Shown here: one piece after another, positions 40,865 through 51,700 of the stretch
Layout: each line of letters starts with the position of its first letter
How positions within the stretch are numbered: position 1 is the first letter of the stretch
Origin: Candidatus Latescibacterota bacterium
GTDB lineage: Bacteria > Latescibacterota > UBA2968 > GCA-2709665
Assembly: GCA_965226795.1 (NCBI GenBank)
Contig: CBDDDZ010000005.1
Coordinates: 256,001-320,000, forward strand
DNA: 64,000 bases
Direction: 5' to 3'
Notes under the pieces: model-generated
The model's database searches: none
The model's input: only the letters and a program-made list of their open reading frames with translations
Told to the model about the DNA's origin: nothing
Program-made: the position numbers and the translations under genes

Positions 40865-42979
40865 ATGTATATATACCGAACGGGTTTGCTGTCTGCCATC
40901 TTTCTGTGTCTGTTTGGAAACACCCTGTTTGCCGCGGATGATAAGCCCGACAAGGATGGAGAAGAAGACCTTCCCGTCTACGTCGGCGAAGAGATCGTGG
41001 TCACGGAGAGCAAAGAGAAGATTGCCGCGATCAGTTCCGTAGCAAGCAAGGTACCGGTACGACTGAGCGAAATACCCGCCAGCGTCAGCGTGGTCAATCG
41101 AGGATTGTTCGATCATCAGAGCGGTGTTGTTCTGGGCGATGCGCTTCGAAACGTTAGCGGCGTAAACGTCCAGACCGTCTTCGGCGTGACGGACTTTTTC
41201 GTCATTCGAGGATTTGATTCGTTATCCAGCGGGCTCGTGTTGACGGACGGAGCTTCCGAGCCGGAGGCTTCATTCTACAATCTCTACAATGTGGAGAGGG
41301 TGGAAGTACTGAAAGGTCCCGGAGCGTTTCTCTACGGCGGCAATCCACTCTCCGGATCGGTCAATCTGAGCCGCAAGCAGCCCATCTTCAAGAGCATGTT
41401 CCAGGCGAAGGGCGCTTATGGGCCGTTTCGGAATTTTCGAGGTAGCGTAGACGCGGGTTGGGCGGATGCCGCTCGGGGCGTGGCCCTGCGCTTCAACGGG
41501 CTCAGGCAGGTTTCGGACAACTACCGGGACGACAAGAACAGCGGCATCTGGGCTGTGAATCCGGCGGTAACCTGGCGAAACGAGAAGACAACGGCAACGG
41601 CGAATTTTGAATACGTGACCAGCGAATACAGATCGGATTCGGGGTTGCCGGTGGTGGGAGGTCAATTGGCAGGCGTTCCCCGCACGCGTTCCTACCAGTC
41701 TCCATTCGACGTGTCCGATCAGGAGATTTTCCGGGTGAGAGTGGACTTGCGGTCCCGGTTGTCGCCGCGTGTGACGCTGCGGAACAAACTGTATTACACG
41801 GATTTTTCCTGGATCTCCAACGGCACGCTGTTTAACGGTGCATATCCGAACGCGGGCGGGGGTCTTGACCTGATCCGGTCACTCCTGCTGCTTGACGACC
41901 GGCAGAAGGTGCTGGGCAATCAGCTGGAGTTCGTGTTTGCCCTTTCTGCGGGACAGACGAGGCATACGCTGTTGGCGGGCCTGGAGTTGATGCAATGGAA
42001 GGACAGGTTTACACTCGACGTGGCGGCCTTGCCGAATATAGACCTGTATGAACCGGTTGAAACGGCGACGCTGCCATTTTTTATTGTGCCGGGCCAGTCA
42101 CGAGGCGCGGACGCCACGAGCGGGGTGGTTGCGCCTTACGTGGTAGATCGAGTTGTATTCTCAGATTTTTTCCAGGCCTTTGCTGGTGGCCGATTCGATC
42201 GGATCACGTACGAAGATCCTGTAACCGCAACGGCCAGAGAATATCACGAGTGGAGTCCGATGGCGGGCGTCGTATTATCGCCCGAGGACGACCTGTCCTT
42301 CTATGCCAGCGCGGGCCGGGCTTTCGCGCCGCCGTCCAGCCTGGTTGCGGGTCCGAGGGACGTCGAAGCCAGCACGCAATTCGAGTTGGGCGCCAAACGA
42401 TATCTTGTCGACAAAACGCTTCATGCGACTGTTGCGTTCTTCGATCTTCGGAAGTACGGTATCGGAATACCCGATGCGACAGGCGTGACAAAACAGGACG
42501 GCGACCAGCGGTCCCGGGGGATGGAACTGGAACTGATAGCCCGTCCGGTGGGCGCATGCCACGTGTTCCTGTCATACGCGTATTCAGACACCGAACTGAC
42601 GCGGTTCACAGAGATGGTACCGGTGCCCACGGCCACCGGAGTGACGTTCCGGCACGTGGATCGATCCGGCAACAGGCCGGCCTTCTCGCCGCGTCATATT
42701 CTGAATCTTTGGACTGCATTGGCATCCGGTAAAGGGGTCGAGTTCGGGATGGGCGCCCGATACGTTTCGAACCAGTTCATCGCCGAGGACAACCAGTACG
42801 AAATTCTCGGAGTATTGACTCTTGACGCTTCGATATCGTACAGGTACAAGCAGGCGACCATTCGGCTCAATGCCCGGAACCTGACCGATCGCAAGTATGA
42901 AACACGCGGTTTTGGCGCCATGTCGGTGATCCCGGCGTTACCCTTCGGAATCCATAGTGCCGTCCAGGTCGATCTATGA
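40865..42979 (+). CDS. TonB-dependent receptor
   Basis: Signal peptide, EEIVVT TonB box, IRGF, VERVEVLKGP..LYG plug, NLTDRKY near the C-terminus. Confidence 0.92.
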   Translation: MYIYRTGLLSAIFLCLFGNTLFAADDKPDKDGEEDLPVYVGEEIVVTESKEKIAAISSVASKVPVRLSEIPASVSVVNRGLFDHQSGVVLGDALRNVSGVNVQTVFGVTDFFVIRGFDSLSSGLVLTDGASEPEASFYNLYNVERVEVLKGPGAFLYGGNPLSGSVNLSRKQPIFKSMFQAKGAYGPFRNFRGSVDAGWADAARGVALRFNGLRQVSDNYRDDKNSGIWAVNPAVTWRNEKTTATANFEYVTSEYRSDSGLPVVGGQLAGVPRTRSYQSPFDVSDQEIFRVRVDLRSRLSPRVTLRNKLYYTDFSWISNGTLFNGAYPNAGGGLDLIRSLLLLDDRQKVLGNQLEFVFALSAGQTRHTLLAGLELMQWKDRFTLDVAALPNIDLYEPVETATLPFFIVPGQSRGADATSGVVAPYVVDRVVFSDFFQAFAGGRFDRITYEDPVTATAREYHEWSPMAGVVLSPEDDLSFYASAGRAFAPPSSLVAGPRDVEASTQFELGAKRYLVDKTLHATVAFFDLRKYGIGIPDATGVTKQDGDQRSRGMELELIARPVGACHVFLSYAYSDTELTRFTEMVPVPTATGVTFRHVDRSGNRPAFSPRHILNLWTALASGKGVEFGMGARYVSNQFIAEDNQYEILGVLTLDASISYRYKQATIRLNARNLTDRKYETRGFGAMSVIPALPFGIHSAVQVDL

Positions 42980-44253
42980 GTTCTGTTTCCCCGACGCGGG
43001 CCAGGTGCAAGCTGGTCTCATCCCAGGTGAGGCGACTGCGGGAAATGCTTGTTCCGGTCATACGGGACAATGCCTTTTATAGGAAAAAGCTCTTGGGTGC
43101 CGGACTTTCGGATCCAGGAGATATTCGGACCCTGGAGGATTATCGCCGGCTGCCATTCACAACCAAGGATGAATTGTCGGCCGACCAGGACGCCTGCCCG
43201 CCTTATGGGAGCAATCGGACGTTTCCCCTGAAGCATTACATCCGGGTACATCAGACGTCGGGCACAACGGGCAGGTCATTGCGATGGCTGGATACGCCGG
43301 AGAGCTGGGAATGGTTCGCCGGGTGTTGGCGGCAAGTGTATGGCGGAGCCTCGGTGACGCGGGCGGACCGTCTTTTCTTCGCCTTCTCTTTCGGACCGTT
43401 TATCGGGTTCTGGACGGCTCATGAGGGCGCGCGTCTGATCGGAGCGATGGCCATTACCGGCGGATCGATGTCCTCCATCCATCGGCTTCATGCCATCGAA
43501 GAACACCAGGCGACCGTACTTGTCTGCACGCCGACGTACGCGCTGCACCTGGCCGAGGTGGCGCAGGCCGAAGGGATCGACATTGCGAATTCCGGCGTTC
43601 GAACCACGATCCATGCAGGCGAACCGGGGGCGGGTCTGCCGTCGACGCGACGGCGGATCGAGGAGGCCTGGGGCGCCAGGTGTTTCGACCACGCAGGTGC
43701 TACCGAGGTCGGGGCGTGGGGATATGAATGCCAGGCTCAAAACGGCATGCATGTGAACGAAGCCGAATTCATCTGTGAAGTGATCGATCCGGATACGGGC
43801 GCGCATGCTGAAGAGGGAGAACTGGTCCTGACGAACCTGGGGCGGGTGGGGATGCCGGTAATCAGGTATCGCACCGGCGACCGGGTGAAGCTCGCGAAAG
43901 GGACATGTCCGTGCGGGTCCGGGTTTCTCCGTCTTGAAAACGGCGTGATCGGCCGCATCGACGGGGGCCTGATCATCCGGGGTGTCGTTGTCTACCCCAG
44001 CGCCGTCGAAAACGTCGTCCGGACCTACCCTGAAGTGACGGAGTTCGCGGTCGACGTCTACCGCCGGCGCTCGCTGGACGAAATGGAGATTCGCCTGGAA
44101 GTCAGAGGCGAAACGCCGGATTCCGTTGTCGATGCCGTGGCGGAGGAGGCGAGGCGGGTGCTGGGGTTCCGTGTACGGGCTCGGGCGGTGAACAGGAACA
44201 CGTTGCCGAGGTTCGAACTGAAAGCGAATCGCTTCACGGACCATCGGAAATGA
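42976..44253 (+). CDS. Phenylacetate-CoA ligase (PaaK)-like protein
   Basis: LPFTTKDEL, QTSGTTG, AGEPG, GATE, IRYRTGD, LPRFELKA motifs. Confidence 0.85.
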   Translation: MSSVSPTRARCKLVSSQVRRLREMLVPVIRDNAFYRKKLLGAGLSDPGDIRTLEDYRRLPFTTKDELSADQDACPPYGSNRTFPLKHYIRVHQTSGTTGRSLRWLDTPESWEWFAGCWRQVYGGASVTRADRLFFAFSFGPFIGFWTAHEGARLIGAMAITGGSMSSIHRLHAIEEHQATVLVCTPTYALHLAEVAQAEGIDIANSGVRTTIHAGEPGAGLPSTRRRIEEAWGARCFDHAGATEVGAWGYECQAQNGMHVNEAEFICEVIDPDTGAHAEEGELVLTNLGRVGMPVIRYRTGDRVKLAKGTCPCGSGFLRLENGVIGRIDGGLIIRGVVVYPSAVENVVRTYPEVTEFAVDVYRRRSLDEMEIRLEVRGETPDSVVDAVAEEARRVLGFRVRARAVNRNTLPRFELKANRFTDHRK

Positions 44254-44272
44254 GTTCGCGCCGGAAGACGAC

Positions 44273-45532
44273 ATGTTTACAGACCATTACGACGTCATTG
44301 TAATCGGTGGCGGGCCGGCGGGGAGCACGACCGCGGCTCTGGTGGCGGAGTACGGCCACCGTGTGCTGTTGCTCGAGAGAGCGCGATTTCCCCGGTTTCA
44401 GATCGGCGAGTCGTTGATGCCCGGAACCTACTGGTCGTTCGAGCGGCTGGGCGTGCTGGATAAGCTGAGGAACAGCGCGTTTGTGAGGAAATACAGCGTA
44501 CAGTTTTTCGGTGGTACGGGCCGGGGGTCGGCGCCGTTCTATTTCCATCGACACGACCCGCACGAGAGTTCGGTCACGTGGCAGGTCCTGCGAAGCGAGT
44601 TCGACCAGATGATGCTGGAGAATGCCCGGGAGAAAGGGGCGCACGTGGAGCTTGGCGTGGCCGTGAACCAGGTGCATTTCACGGGCGACCGCGCCACGGG
44701 GGTTCTGGCAAAAACCCCCGACGGCGGCGTGAGAGACGTGTCGGCGCGCGTGATTGTGGATGCCACGGGGCGCAGCGCGTTGATTTCCCGCAAACTGAGG
44801 ATCAAGACGGAAGAGCCCGCATTGCGGAAGGCATCCCTGTTTACACATTTTCGAGGCGGATATCGAGACCAGGGGATCGACGAGGGGGCAACGCTGATCC
44901 TGCACACCCGCACGAAAGACGCCTGGTTCTGGTACATTCCGCTGGCCAACGACGTGGTTAGCGTCGGCGTGGTTGGGGACGTCCACCATCTGCTTCAGAA
45001 CCGCGACGGAACCCCGCAGGTAATTTTCGAGGAAGAATTGCAGGAGTGCCGGCCAATGAAAGAACGGCTGGAAGGGGCAGAGCAGATGTTCCCCATGAAA
45101 GTGACCCGTGACTTCTCGTATCGGGCCCGTTCGGTTGCCGGAGAGGGCTGGGTGCTGGTTGGCGATGCATACGGGTTTCTGGATCCCGTATATTCCTCCG
45201 GTGTGTTCCTGGCGCTCAAATCGGGTGAGATGGCGGCTGACGCGATTCATGAGGCGTTCGAAATAGACGATTTCTCGGCGAAGCAACTCGGCAGATGGGG
45301 CGACGAGTTTATTCCCGGAATGGAAGCCATTCGAAAGCTCGTGTATGCATTTTATACGAAAGAATTCAGCTTCAGCCGATTCCTCGAAGCGCATCCCGAG
45401 TGTCTGAACGGTATCGTGGATATTCTGAGCGGCAGGATCTACATCAACGACGTCACACCGATATTCGAACCGATGGGACAGATGTGCAATCTGCCCGAGG
45501 ACGTAACTCATTACGCCGGGTCCGCTGTCTGA
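44273..45532 (+). CDS. Flavin-dependent halogenase family oxidoreductase
   Basis: GGGPAG, FPRFQIGES, FVRK (putative catalytic Lys), WFWYIP (WxWxIP), GDA..FLDPVYSSG motifs. Confidence 0.8.
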   Translation: MFTDHYDVIVIGGGPAGSTTAALVAEYGHRVLLLERARFPRFQIGESLMPGTYWSFERLGVLDKLRNSAFVRKYSVQFFGGTGRGSAPFYFHRHDPHESSVTWQVLRSEFDQMMLENAREKGAHVELGVAVNQVHFTGDRATGVLAKTPDGGVRDVSARVIVDATGRSALISRKLRIKTEEPALRKASLFTHFRGGYRDQGIDEGATLILHTRTKDAWFWYIPLANDVVSVGVVGDVHHLLQNRDGTPQVIFEEELQECRPMKERLEGAEQMFPMKVTRDFSYRARSVAGEGWVLVGDAYGFLDPVYSSGVFLALKSGEMAADAIHEAFEIDDFSAKQLGRWGDEFIPGMEAIRKLVYAFYTKEFSFSRFLEAHPECLNGIVDILSGRIYINDVTPIFEPMGQMCNLPEDVTHYAGSAV

Positions 45533-45738
45533 TCCCGATCGTCAGGTGTATCGAACCGTGGATTGGCCGGAACGGCCGGGTTCCGACGATTCCGGCACGT
45601 GTCCGGCCTTCCGGTCCATGAAGTCTTCGGACGTGTTTGACCGTTGCGGCGTTGTTTCGGCATGCATGCCGCCCCTGGACAATGGCCTCGGGCGACGGCA
45701 TTTCGAATCTCGCGAATGATTTGAAGGCGGATCGTCCA

Positions 45739-47031
45739 ATGCGGGTTGCGCACATCGCCGCTGGCGCGGCCGGGATGTACTGCGGGAGTTGCATTCACGA
45801 CAATACGCTGGCCGCCGCGCTCAAGCGCAAGGGCGTGGATATCGCGCTGATTCCAACCTATACGCCCTTGCGGACCGACGAGCCCGATGCGAGCATCGAC
45901 CGGGTGTTCTACGGTGGAATCAACGTCTATTTACAGCAGAAGTCGAAGCTGTTCCGCCATGCGCCGGATTTTGTCGACCGCCTCCTGAACGGCCGTGTGC
46001 TTTTGAAATCTCTATCGTGGTTCAGCGGTTCGACGCGCGCGGAAGATCTGGGAGCGCTCACCGTTTCCATGCTGAAGGGGAAACTGGGGGCGCAGAAAAA
46101 AGAACTTGGAAAGCTGGTTCGGTGGTTGAGAGACGACCTGCGGCCGGATCTGGTTCATCTGTCCAATTCCATGTTTCTGGGGATGGCGCGCGAGATGAAA
46201 CGGGAACTGGGCGTTCCCATTGTGTGTTCCCTTCAGGGAGAGGATATCTTTCTCGATGCATTGACCGAACCGTATCGTAACGAGGCGTTGGAACTGCTGC
46301 GGGATCGGGCGCGCGACGTCGACGCATTCGTGGCGACCTGCGATTGGTACGCGGATTTCATGGCGGCGTACCTGGACGCGCCGAGGGACCGGATCCACGT
46401 TGTCCGCCTGGGCATCAGCCTCGACGGCCATGGCTCGTGCGGACGGATGTTGCCGGAAGCCCCGTTTACAATCGGGTATATGGCGCGCATTGCACCGGAA
46501 AAGGGGTTGCATCTTCTGGCGGATGCCTTCCGGCGGTTGGCAGGAGAGGTCGGCAAAGAGAATGTGAGGCTCCTGGTGGCGGGATATCTCGGCCGCCGGG
46601 ACAGGACGTATTTTCGGGAGGTCGCCGCGCAGTTGGACGTTCATGGGCTCTCCGACGTATTCGAGTACCGCGGCGAGGTGAACCGGGAGCAGAAGATCGA
46701 ATTCCTGAATAGCATCCACGTTCTGTCGGTGCCGGCGCCGTATCGTGAGCCGAAGGGGCTGTTCGTGCTGGAGGCTCTGGCCAACGGCACGCCGGTGGTT
46801 CAGCCGCGGCACGGGGCGTTTCCTGAGTTGGTGGAACGTACCGGAGGAGGAATCCTGGTCGATCCGGATTCTTCGGCGGCGCTCGCGGCGGGCCTGTCTC
46901 AGATGATGCGGGATGGGGAGACACGTAAGGCATTGGGAAGAGCGGGACGGGCGGCGGTGCACCGGGTGTTCAGCGACGAGTGCATGGCCGGCGCCATGCA
47001 GGATGTTTATAGACATTTCGTTGCGGGATGA
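45739..47031 (+). CDS. Glycosyltransferase family 4
   Basis: RIAPEKG, EPKGLFVLEALANG (Ex7E); N-terminal YCGSC. Confidence 0.88.
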   Translation: MRVAHIAAGAAGMYCGSCIHDNTLAAALKRKGVDIALIPTYTPLRTDEPDASIDRVFYGGINVYLQQKSKLFRHAPDFVDRLLNGRVLLKSLSWFSGSTRAEDLGALTVSMLKGKLGAQKKELGKLVRWLRDDLRPDLVHLSNSMFLGMAREMKRELGVPIVCSLQGEDIFLDALTEPYRNEALELLRDRARDVDAFVATCDWYADFMAAYLDAPRDRIHVVRLGISLDGHGSCGRMLPEAPFTIGYMARIAPEKGLHLLADAFRRLAGEVGKENVRLLVAGYLGRRDRTYFREVAAQLDVHGLSDVFEYRGEVNREQKIEFLNSIHVLSVPAPYREPKGLFVLEALANGTPVVQPRHGAFPELVERTGGGILVDPDSSAALAAGLSQMMRDGETRKALGRAGRAAVHRVFSDECMAGAMQDVYRHFVAG

Positions 47032-47092
47032 TCCGCCCGTTACGGGCGGACGCGACGACGATTCATCAACGGGGTACGAAGGGGAGGATTCT

Positions 47093-47593
47093 ATGCCGGC
47101 CGAACAAGCGTCGTCATCAGGGCTGACGTGGTTGATCTTTGCCGCGATGACAGTGGGGTCGTGGGGATTGTACGGGATTTTACTGCATACCGGGCAGATC
47201 GCAATGGCCGATCCGGTGAACGGGAGGTACAAGGCCTTCCTGCTGGTGGGCGTGGCCTATTTATTGACCGCCGTGATCGGTTCGATGGTTGTTCTCTGGG
47301 TCAACGGTGCGGACTGGTCGTTTCCCGCGCGCGGATTGACATGGTCCCTGCTGGCCGGCACCGTGGGCGCAATCGGCGCCTTCGGCGTGCTTCTCGCCTT
47401 CGGCGCCCGGGGTACCCCTGCCGTGGTGATGTCGATCGTCTTTGCCGGCGCACCTATCGTAAACGCGGTGGTGTCGATGGCCGCGCACCCGCCCGCAGGC
47501 GGATTGAGCGGTCTGAACTGGCAGTTCGTGCTGGGGATCGTGCTGGCGGCGCTGGGCGGGTGTCTGGTTACGCTCTTCAAGCCTGCGTCCTGA
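47093..47593 (+). CDS. Small multi-pass membrane protein (EamA/DMT-like)
   Basis: About 5 hydrophobic helices, WG motif; GGGGAGG RBS. Confidence 0.65.
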   Translation: MPAEQASSSGLTWLIFAAMTVGSWGLYGILLHTGQIAMADPVNGRYKAFLLVGVAYLLTAVIGSMVVLWVNGADWSFPARGLTWSLLAGTVGAIGAFGVLLAFGARGTPAVVMSIVFAGAPIVNAVVSMAAHPPAGGLSGLNWQFVLGIVLAALGGCLVTLFKPAS

Positions 47594-47646
47594 CGGCGGT
47601 TGAGCTGGAGGAAACGGGGGAAGGTTAATCCTCGCGAGGAAGCCCT

Positions 47647-48087
47647 ATGCCATGTGATTTCCGCGCCACGCGCAGAATAGAGTTTTCGGATACGGATATG
47701 GCCGGGATTGTGCATTTTTCCCGGTTCTTTGTTTTTATGGAGGCGGCCGAGCACGCGTTTCTGCGTTCGCTCGGTACCAGCGTGACGGGCGCCCTGGAGG
47801 GGCGGAAAGTCGGGTGGCCCCGGGTGGGCGCGTCGTGCGATTACGTGAATCCCGCCCGATTCGAAGACGTGCTTGATATCAGGATGAAGGTAATCAGAAA
47901 GGGGACGAGTTCCATAACGTACGGATTCGAGTTTCTCCGGGACGGCGTTCCGATAGCCCACGGCCGATTGAGCACGGTGTTCTGCCTGTGCTCCCCCGGG
48001 GAGCCGTTCCGTTCCATACCGATTCCCGATTTTATCGCGGATCAGATCCGGGAAGCGGAGGAGGCGGAGGATGACGCTGAGGGCTGA
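47647..48087 (+). CDS. Acyl-CoA thioesterase (4HBT/YbgC hotdog fold)
   Basis: FSDTDMAGIVHFS motif, PARFED. Confidence 0.9.
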   Translation: MPCDFRATRRIEFSDTDMAGIVHFSRFFVFMEAAEHAFLRSLGTSVTGALEGRKVGWPRVGASCDYVNPARFEDVLDIRMKVIRKGTSSITYGFEFLRDGVPIAHGRLSTVFCLCSPGEPFRSIPIPDFIADQIREAEEAEDDAEG

Positions 48088-48730
48088 GCGGGTATCCAAA
48101 CATTATGGGGACGTGTCCGTTCTCCGGGATGTCTCGTTCGAGATGGCGCGAGGCCAGTCTGCGGCAATTGTCGGGCCCTCGGGATCGGGCAAGAGTACGT
48201 TGCTGCACGTGCTTGGCACGCTGGACCAACCGTCGTCGGGGCGCGTGGAAATAGATGGCCGGGACCCGTACACCCTTCAGGAGAAGGACCTGGCGCGCTT
48301 CCGGAATCGCGGGATCGGATTCGTGTTCCAGGACCATCATCTGCTGCCCCAGTATTCGGTGCTGGAGAACGTCCTGATTCCGACGCTGGCGTTCAGGGAT
48401 GAAGTGAGAGACGCCGCTGAGCGGGCCAGGGCCCTGATCGAACGTGTCGGGCTAGCGCATCGGATAGACCACCGCCCGGCCGCGCTTTCGGGCGGCGAAC
48501 GCCAGCGTGTGGCGGTGGCGCGAGCGCTTGTCAACCGGCCGTCGCTGCTTCTCTGCGACGAGCCGACGGGCAGCCTGGATCGGGCGCGGGCCGATGAAGT
48601 CGGTGATCTGCTTTTCGAAATGCATACCCAGGAGGAAACGATCCTGATCGGGGTCACGCACAGCCTGGAGATGGCCGCACGGTTTGAGCGCCGGCTTGAG
48701 TTGCGGGAGGGAACTTGCGTCGAAGTCTGA
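48071..48730 (+). CDS. ABC transporter ATP-binding protein (LolD/MacB-like)
   Basis: GPSGSGKST, LSGGERQR, DEPTG motifs. Confidence 0.93.
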   Translation: MTLRAERVSKHYGDVSVLRDVSFEMARGQSAAIVGPSGSGKSTLLHVLGTLDQPSSGRVEIDGRDPYTLQEKDLARFRNRGIGFVFQDHHLLPQYSVLENVLIPTLAFRDEVRDAAERARALIERVGLAHRIDHRPAALSGGERQRVAVARALVNRPSLLLCDEPTGSLDRARADEVGDLLFEMHTQEETILIGVTHSLEMAARFERRLELREGTCVEV

Positions 48731-51700
48731 CCTTCTTCTGGCGAATTCATCTGTCCGTGATGCTGGGAGTGGCCGTGGCCACCGCCGTGCTCACCGGCGC
48801 CCTGCTGGTGGGCGATTCGGTCAGGGAGAGCCTGCGGGACCTGACCCTGGACAGGCTGGGCGAAATCGACCATGCGCTCGTTTCGGAACGCTTCTTTCGT
48901 GCGGGTCTTGCACGGGATATTGAGGCGGCGGGGGGCGAATTCACCGTTGTGCCGGCGGTGACCCTCACGGGATCGGCGGTGCATGCGAAAGAGGGGGCGC
49001 GGGCCTCGCGAGTCAGGATTCTGGGTGTCGATTCCCGATTCGAAAATTTGTTCGAAATGGAAATGCCCGACCTCGCCCGCCGCGGGTCCGCGACGCTATT
49101 TGTCGCCAATGAGTCCCTGAGGAGAGAACTGAACGCGCGCGTGGGCGATGCCATCCTGCTTTCATTTGAGCTGCCCGGCGACATCCACCGGGAATCCCTG
49201 TTCGGGCGGGACGAGGTTTCAGAATCGATACAGACCGTACGTGTGCGACTCACGGGTGTGTTGCCCGACCGGGGAATGGGTCGTTTCGGTTTGCGCGCAC
49301 GGCAGGATGTGCCGCTCAATGCGTTTGTGTCGCTACCCGTACTACAGGAAACGCTGGGTTTGCCGGCCCGTGTGAATACGCTCCTGGCTTCGAAGGGGAC
49401 CCATGATGCCGGCGATCCGGGGCCGGGGCTCTCCCGGGCCGCAATGTTGGATGATCTGGGGCTTTCGATGCGGGTGGAAGCCGGTTATTTTGCGGTTGAA
49501 AGCACACAGTTTTTCCTGAAACCCCACGTGGCGGATACGATCCTGGGCCTGGCGGACGGTTGGGGGATGCCGAGACTGGCAATACTGACCTATCTGGCCA
49601 ATACGATCCGGGTAGGGGAGCGCGTATTGCCCTATTCGACGATTGCCGCGATGGACGTGGGGCGTGTCGGGATGCTGCGACTGGCGGATGGGAGCGGAGC
49701 GCCGGTTCCCGGCGAGGGGGAAGTGTTGCTGAATGCCTGGGCGGCGAAGGACCTGCACGCCGTTACCGGCGACGCCGTGGACGTGGTTTATTTCGAAGTC
49801 GGGCCGAAGGAAGCGTTGAAAACGCGGCGCGTCACATTCAGGCTTGCCGGCGTCGTTGCCATGGAAGGATTGGGTGCCGATTCCCTGTTGACACCCGAAT
49901 TTCCGGGTCTGCGCGACGCGGAGGATATGCATGCCTGGGACCCGTCCTTCCCGGTGGATCTGAAGCGAATACGGCCCGTAGACGAAGCCTATTGGGACGC
50001 CTACCGCGCCGCGCCCAAAGCCATCGTGTCGGCTGCGACAGGTCAACGTTTGTGGCGGAGCCGATTCGGTAATCTCACGTCAATCCGGATTGGCCCCCTG
50101 CCCGGAGAAGATGTCCGTGGTTCCGCCGAACGATTTCGGGCAGGTCTGCGCGAGGCGCTCTCGCCGGAAGCAGCGGGGCTGGTATTTCAGCCGGTGAGGG
50201 AACACGGTCTGGCCGCTGCTTCGGGCTCGACGGATTTCAGCTTGCTGTTCAGTGGATTCAGTCTGTTTCTGATTGTATCGGCGGCGTTGCTGGTGGCTCT
50301 GCTTTTCCGGCTTGGCGTGGAACAGCGCGCCGACGAGGTCGGTGTGTTGATGGCGTCGGGTTTTACCGTGGCGGCGATCAGAAGGCGTTTTATGGGTGAG
50401 GCGATCGGGCTGGCCGGTCTTGGGGGCCTGGGGGGGCTTGCGGGAGGATTGGCGTACGGTTGGATCATGATCGCCGGGTTGCGCACCTGGTGGGTCCCGG
50501 CCGTTGGTACCACGGAACTCGCCCTGCATGTGAGCGGGTTCAGTCTGGCGGCGGGATATCTGATTTCACAGCTTGTGGTTCTGTTGTCTATACGAATGAC
50601 GGTCCGCCGATTGGGACGCGTGCCCGTACGCGCGCTCCTGTCGGGGACCCTTTACGAGGAGTCCGCCGATGGTGGGCGCCGGGCAAGGACGTATGCCCTC
50701 GGAAGCCTGGGATTGGCCGCGGCCTGCCTCGCCGGCGCGGCCAACGCGGGCCGGGAGGCGTCGATGGCGCTGTTTTTCGGATGCGGTGCGCTTCTGCTGA
50801 TTTCGGGTCTGGGCCTGCTCTCCATGTGGTTTCGCGGCAGGCAACACGCGACTGCAGTGGGAATCTGGAGAATGGGCGTTCGGAATAGCGCACGAAATCC
50901 GGGGCGGAGTATGCTGTGCGCATCATTGATCGCGTGCGCCTGCTTTGTGGTTGTGGCGGTTGGCGCCCATCGCCGCGCCGATGTCACCGAGGATGCGTTG
51001 AACAGCCGGACGTCGGGTGGAGGAGGGTTTCAGCTCGTCGCCGAAACGGATTCGCCGCTCTATCACGATCTCAACACGGAAGACGGCCGGTTTGAGCTCG
51101 GGTTTTCCAGGGAGGACGCGGATATTCTGGACCGGGCGCGGGTGCTGCCGCTCCGTGTCTTGCCGGGAGAAGACGTGAGTTGTCTGAATCTCTACCAGCC
51201 ACGCCATCCCCGGGTTCTGGGTGTGCCTGAAGCGATGATTCGACGGGGTGGATTCGCGTTTGAACGGTTGTTGGAAGAAGCGGAAGCGCCATGGTCTCTC
51301 TTGATACGGCGCGCGGAGCCGGACGTGATTCCCGCGTTCGGTGACGTGAATTCGGTGACCTGGATCCTGCACAAAAAACTGGGCGACGAAATCCCGATGC
51401 GAACGGATACGGGCGCGATCGTCAGGCTGCGGCTCGTGGGACTGTTGAAGAATAGTATTTTTCAGAGTGAATTGCTGGTATCGGAGCGGAATTTCACCGC
51501 ACATTTCCCGGATGTGGGCGGGTATGGCTATTTTCTGGTCGAGACCGACCGGCCCGGAGAAGTGGGAGCCTTGCTGGAGCGGCGGTTGCAGGACGCCGGT
51601 CTCGATGCGACGTCGACGGCGGCCAGGCTCGCACGTTTCCGGGCGGTGGAGAATACGTACCTGTCCACGTTTCAGACGCTTGGCGGGCTGGGAGTTCTCC

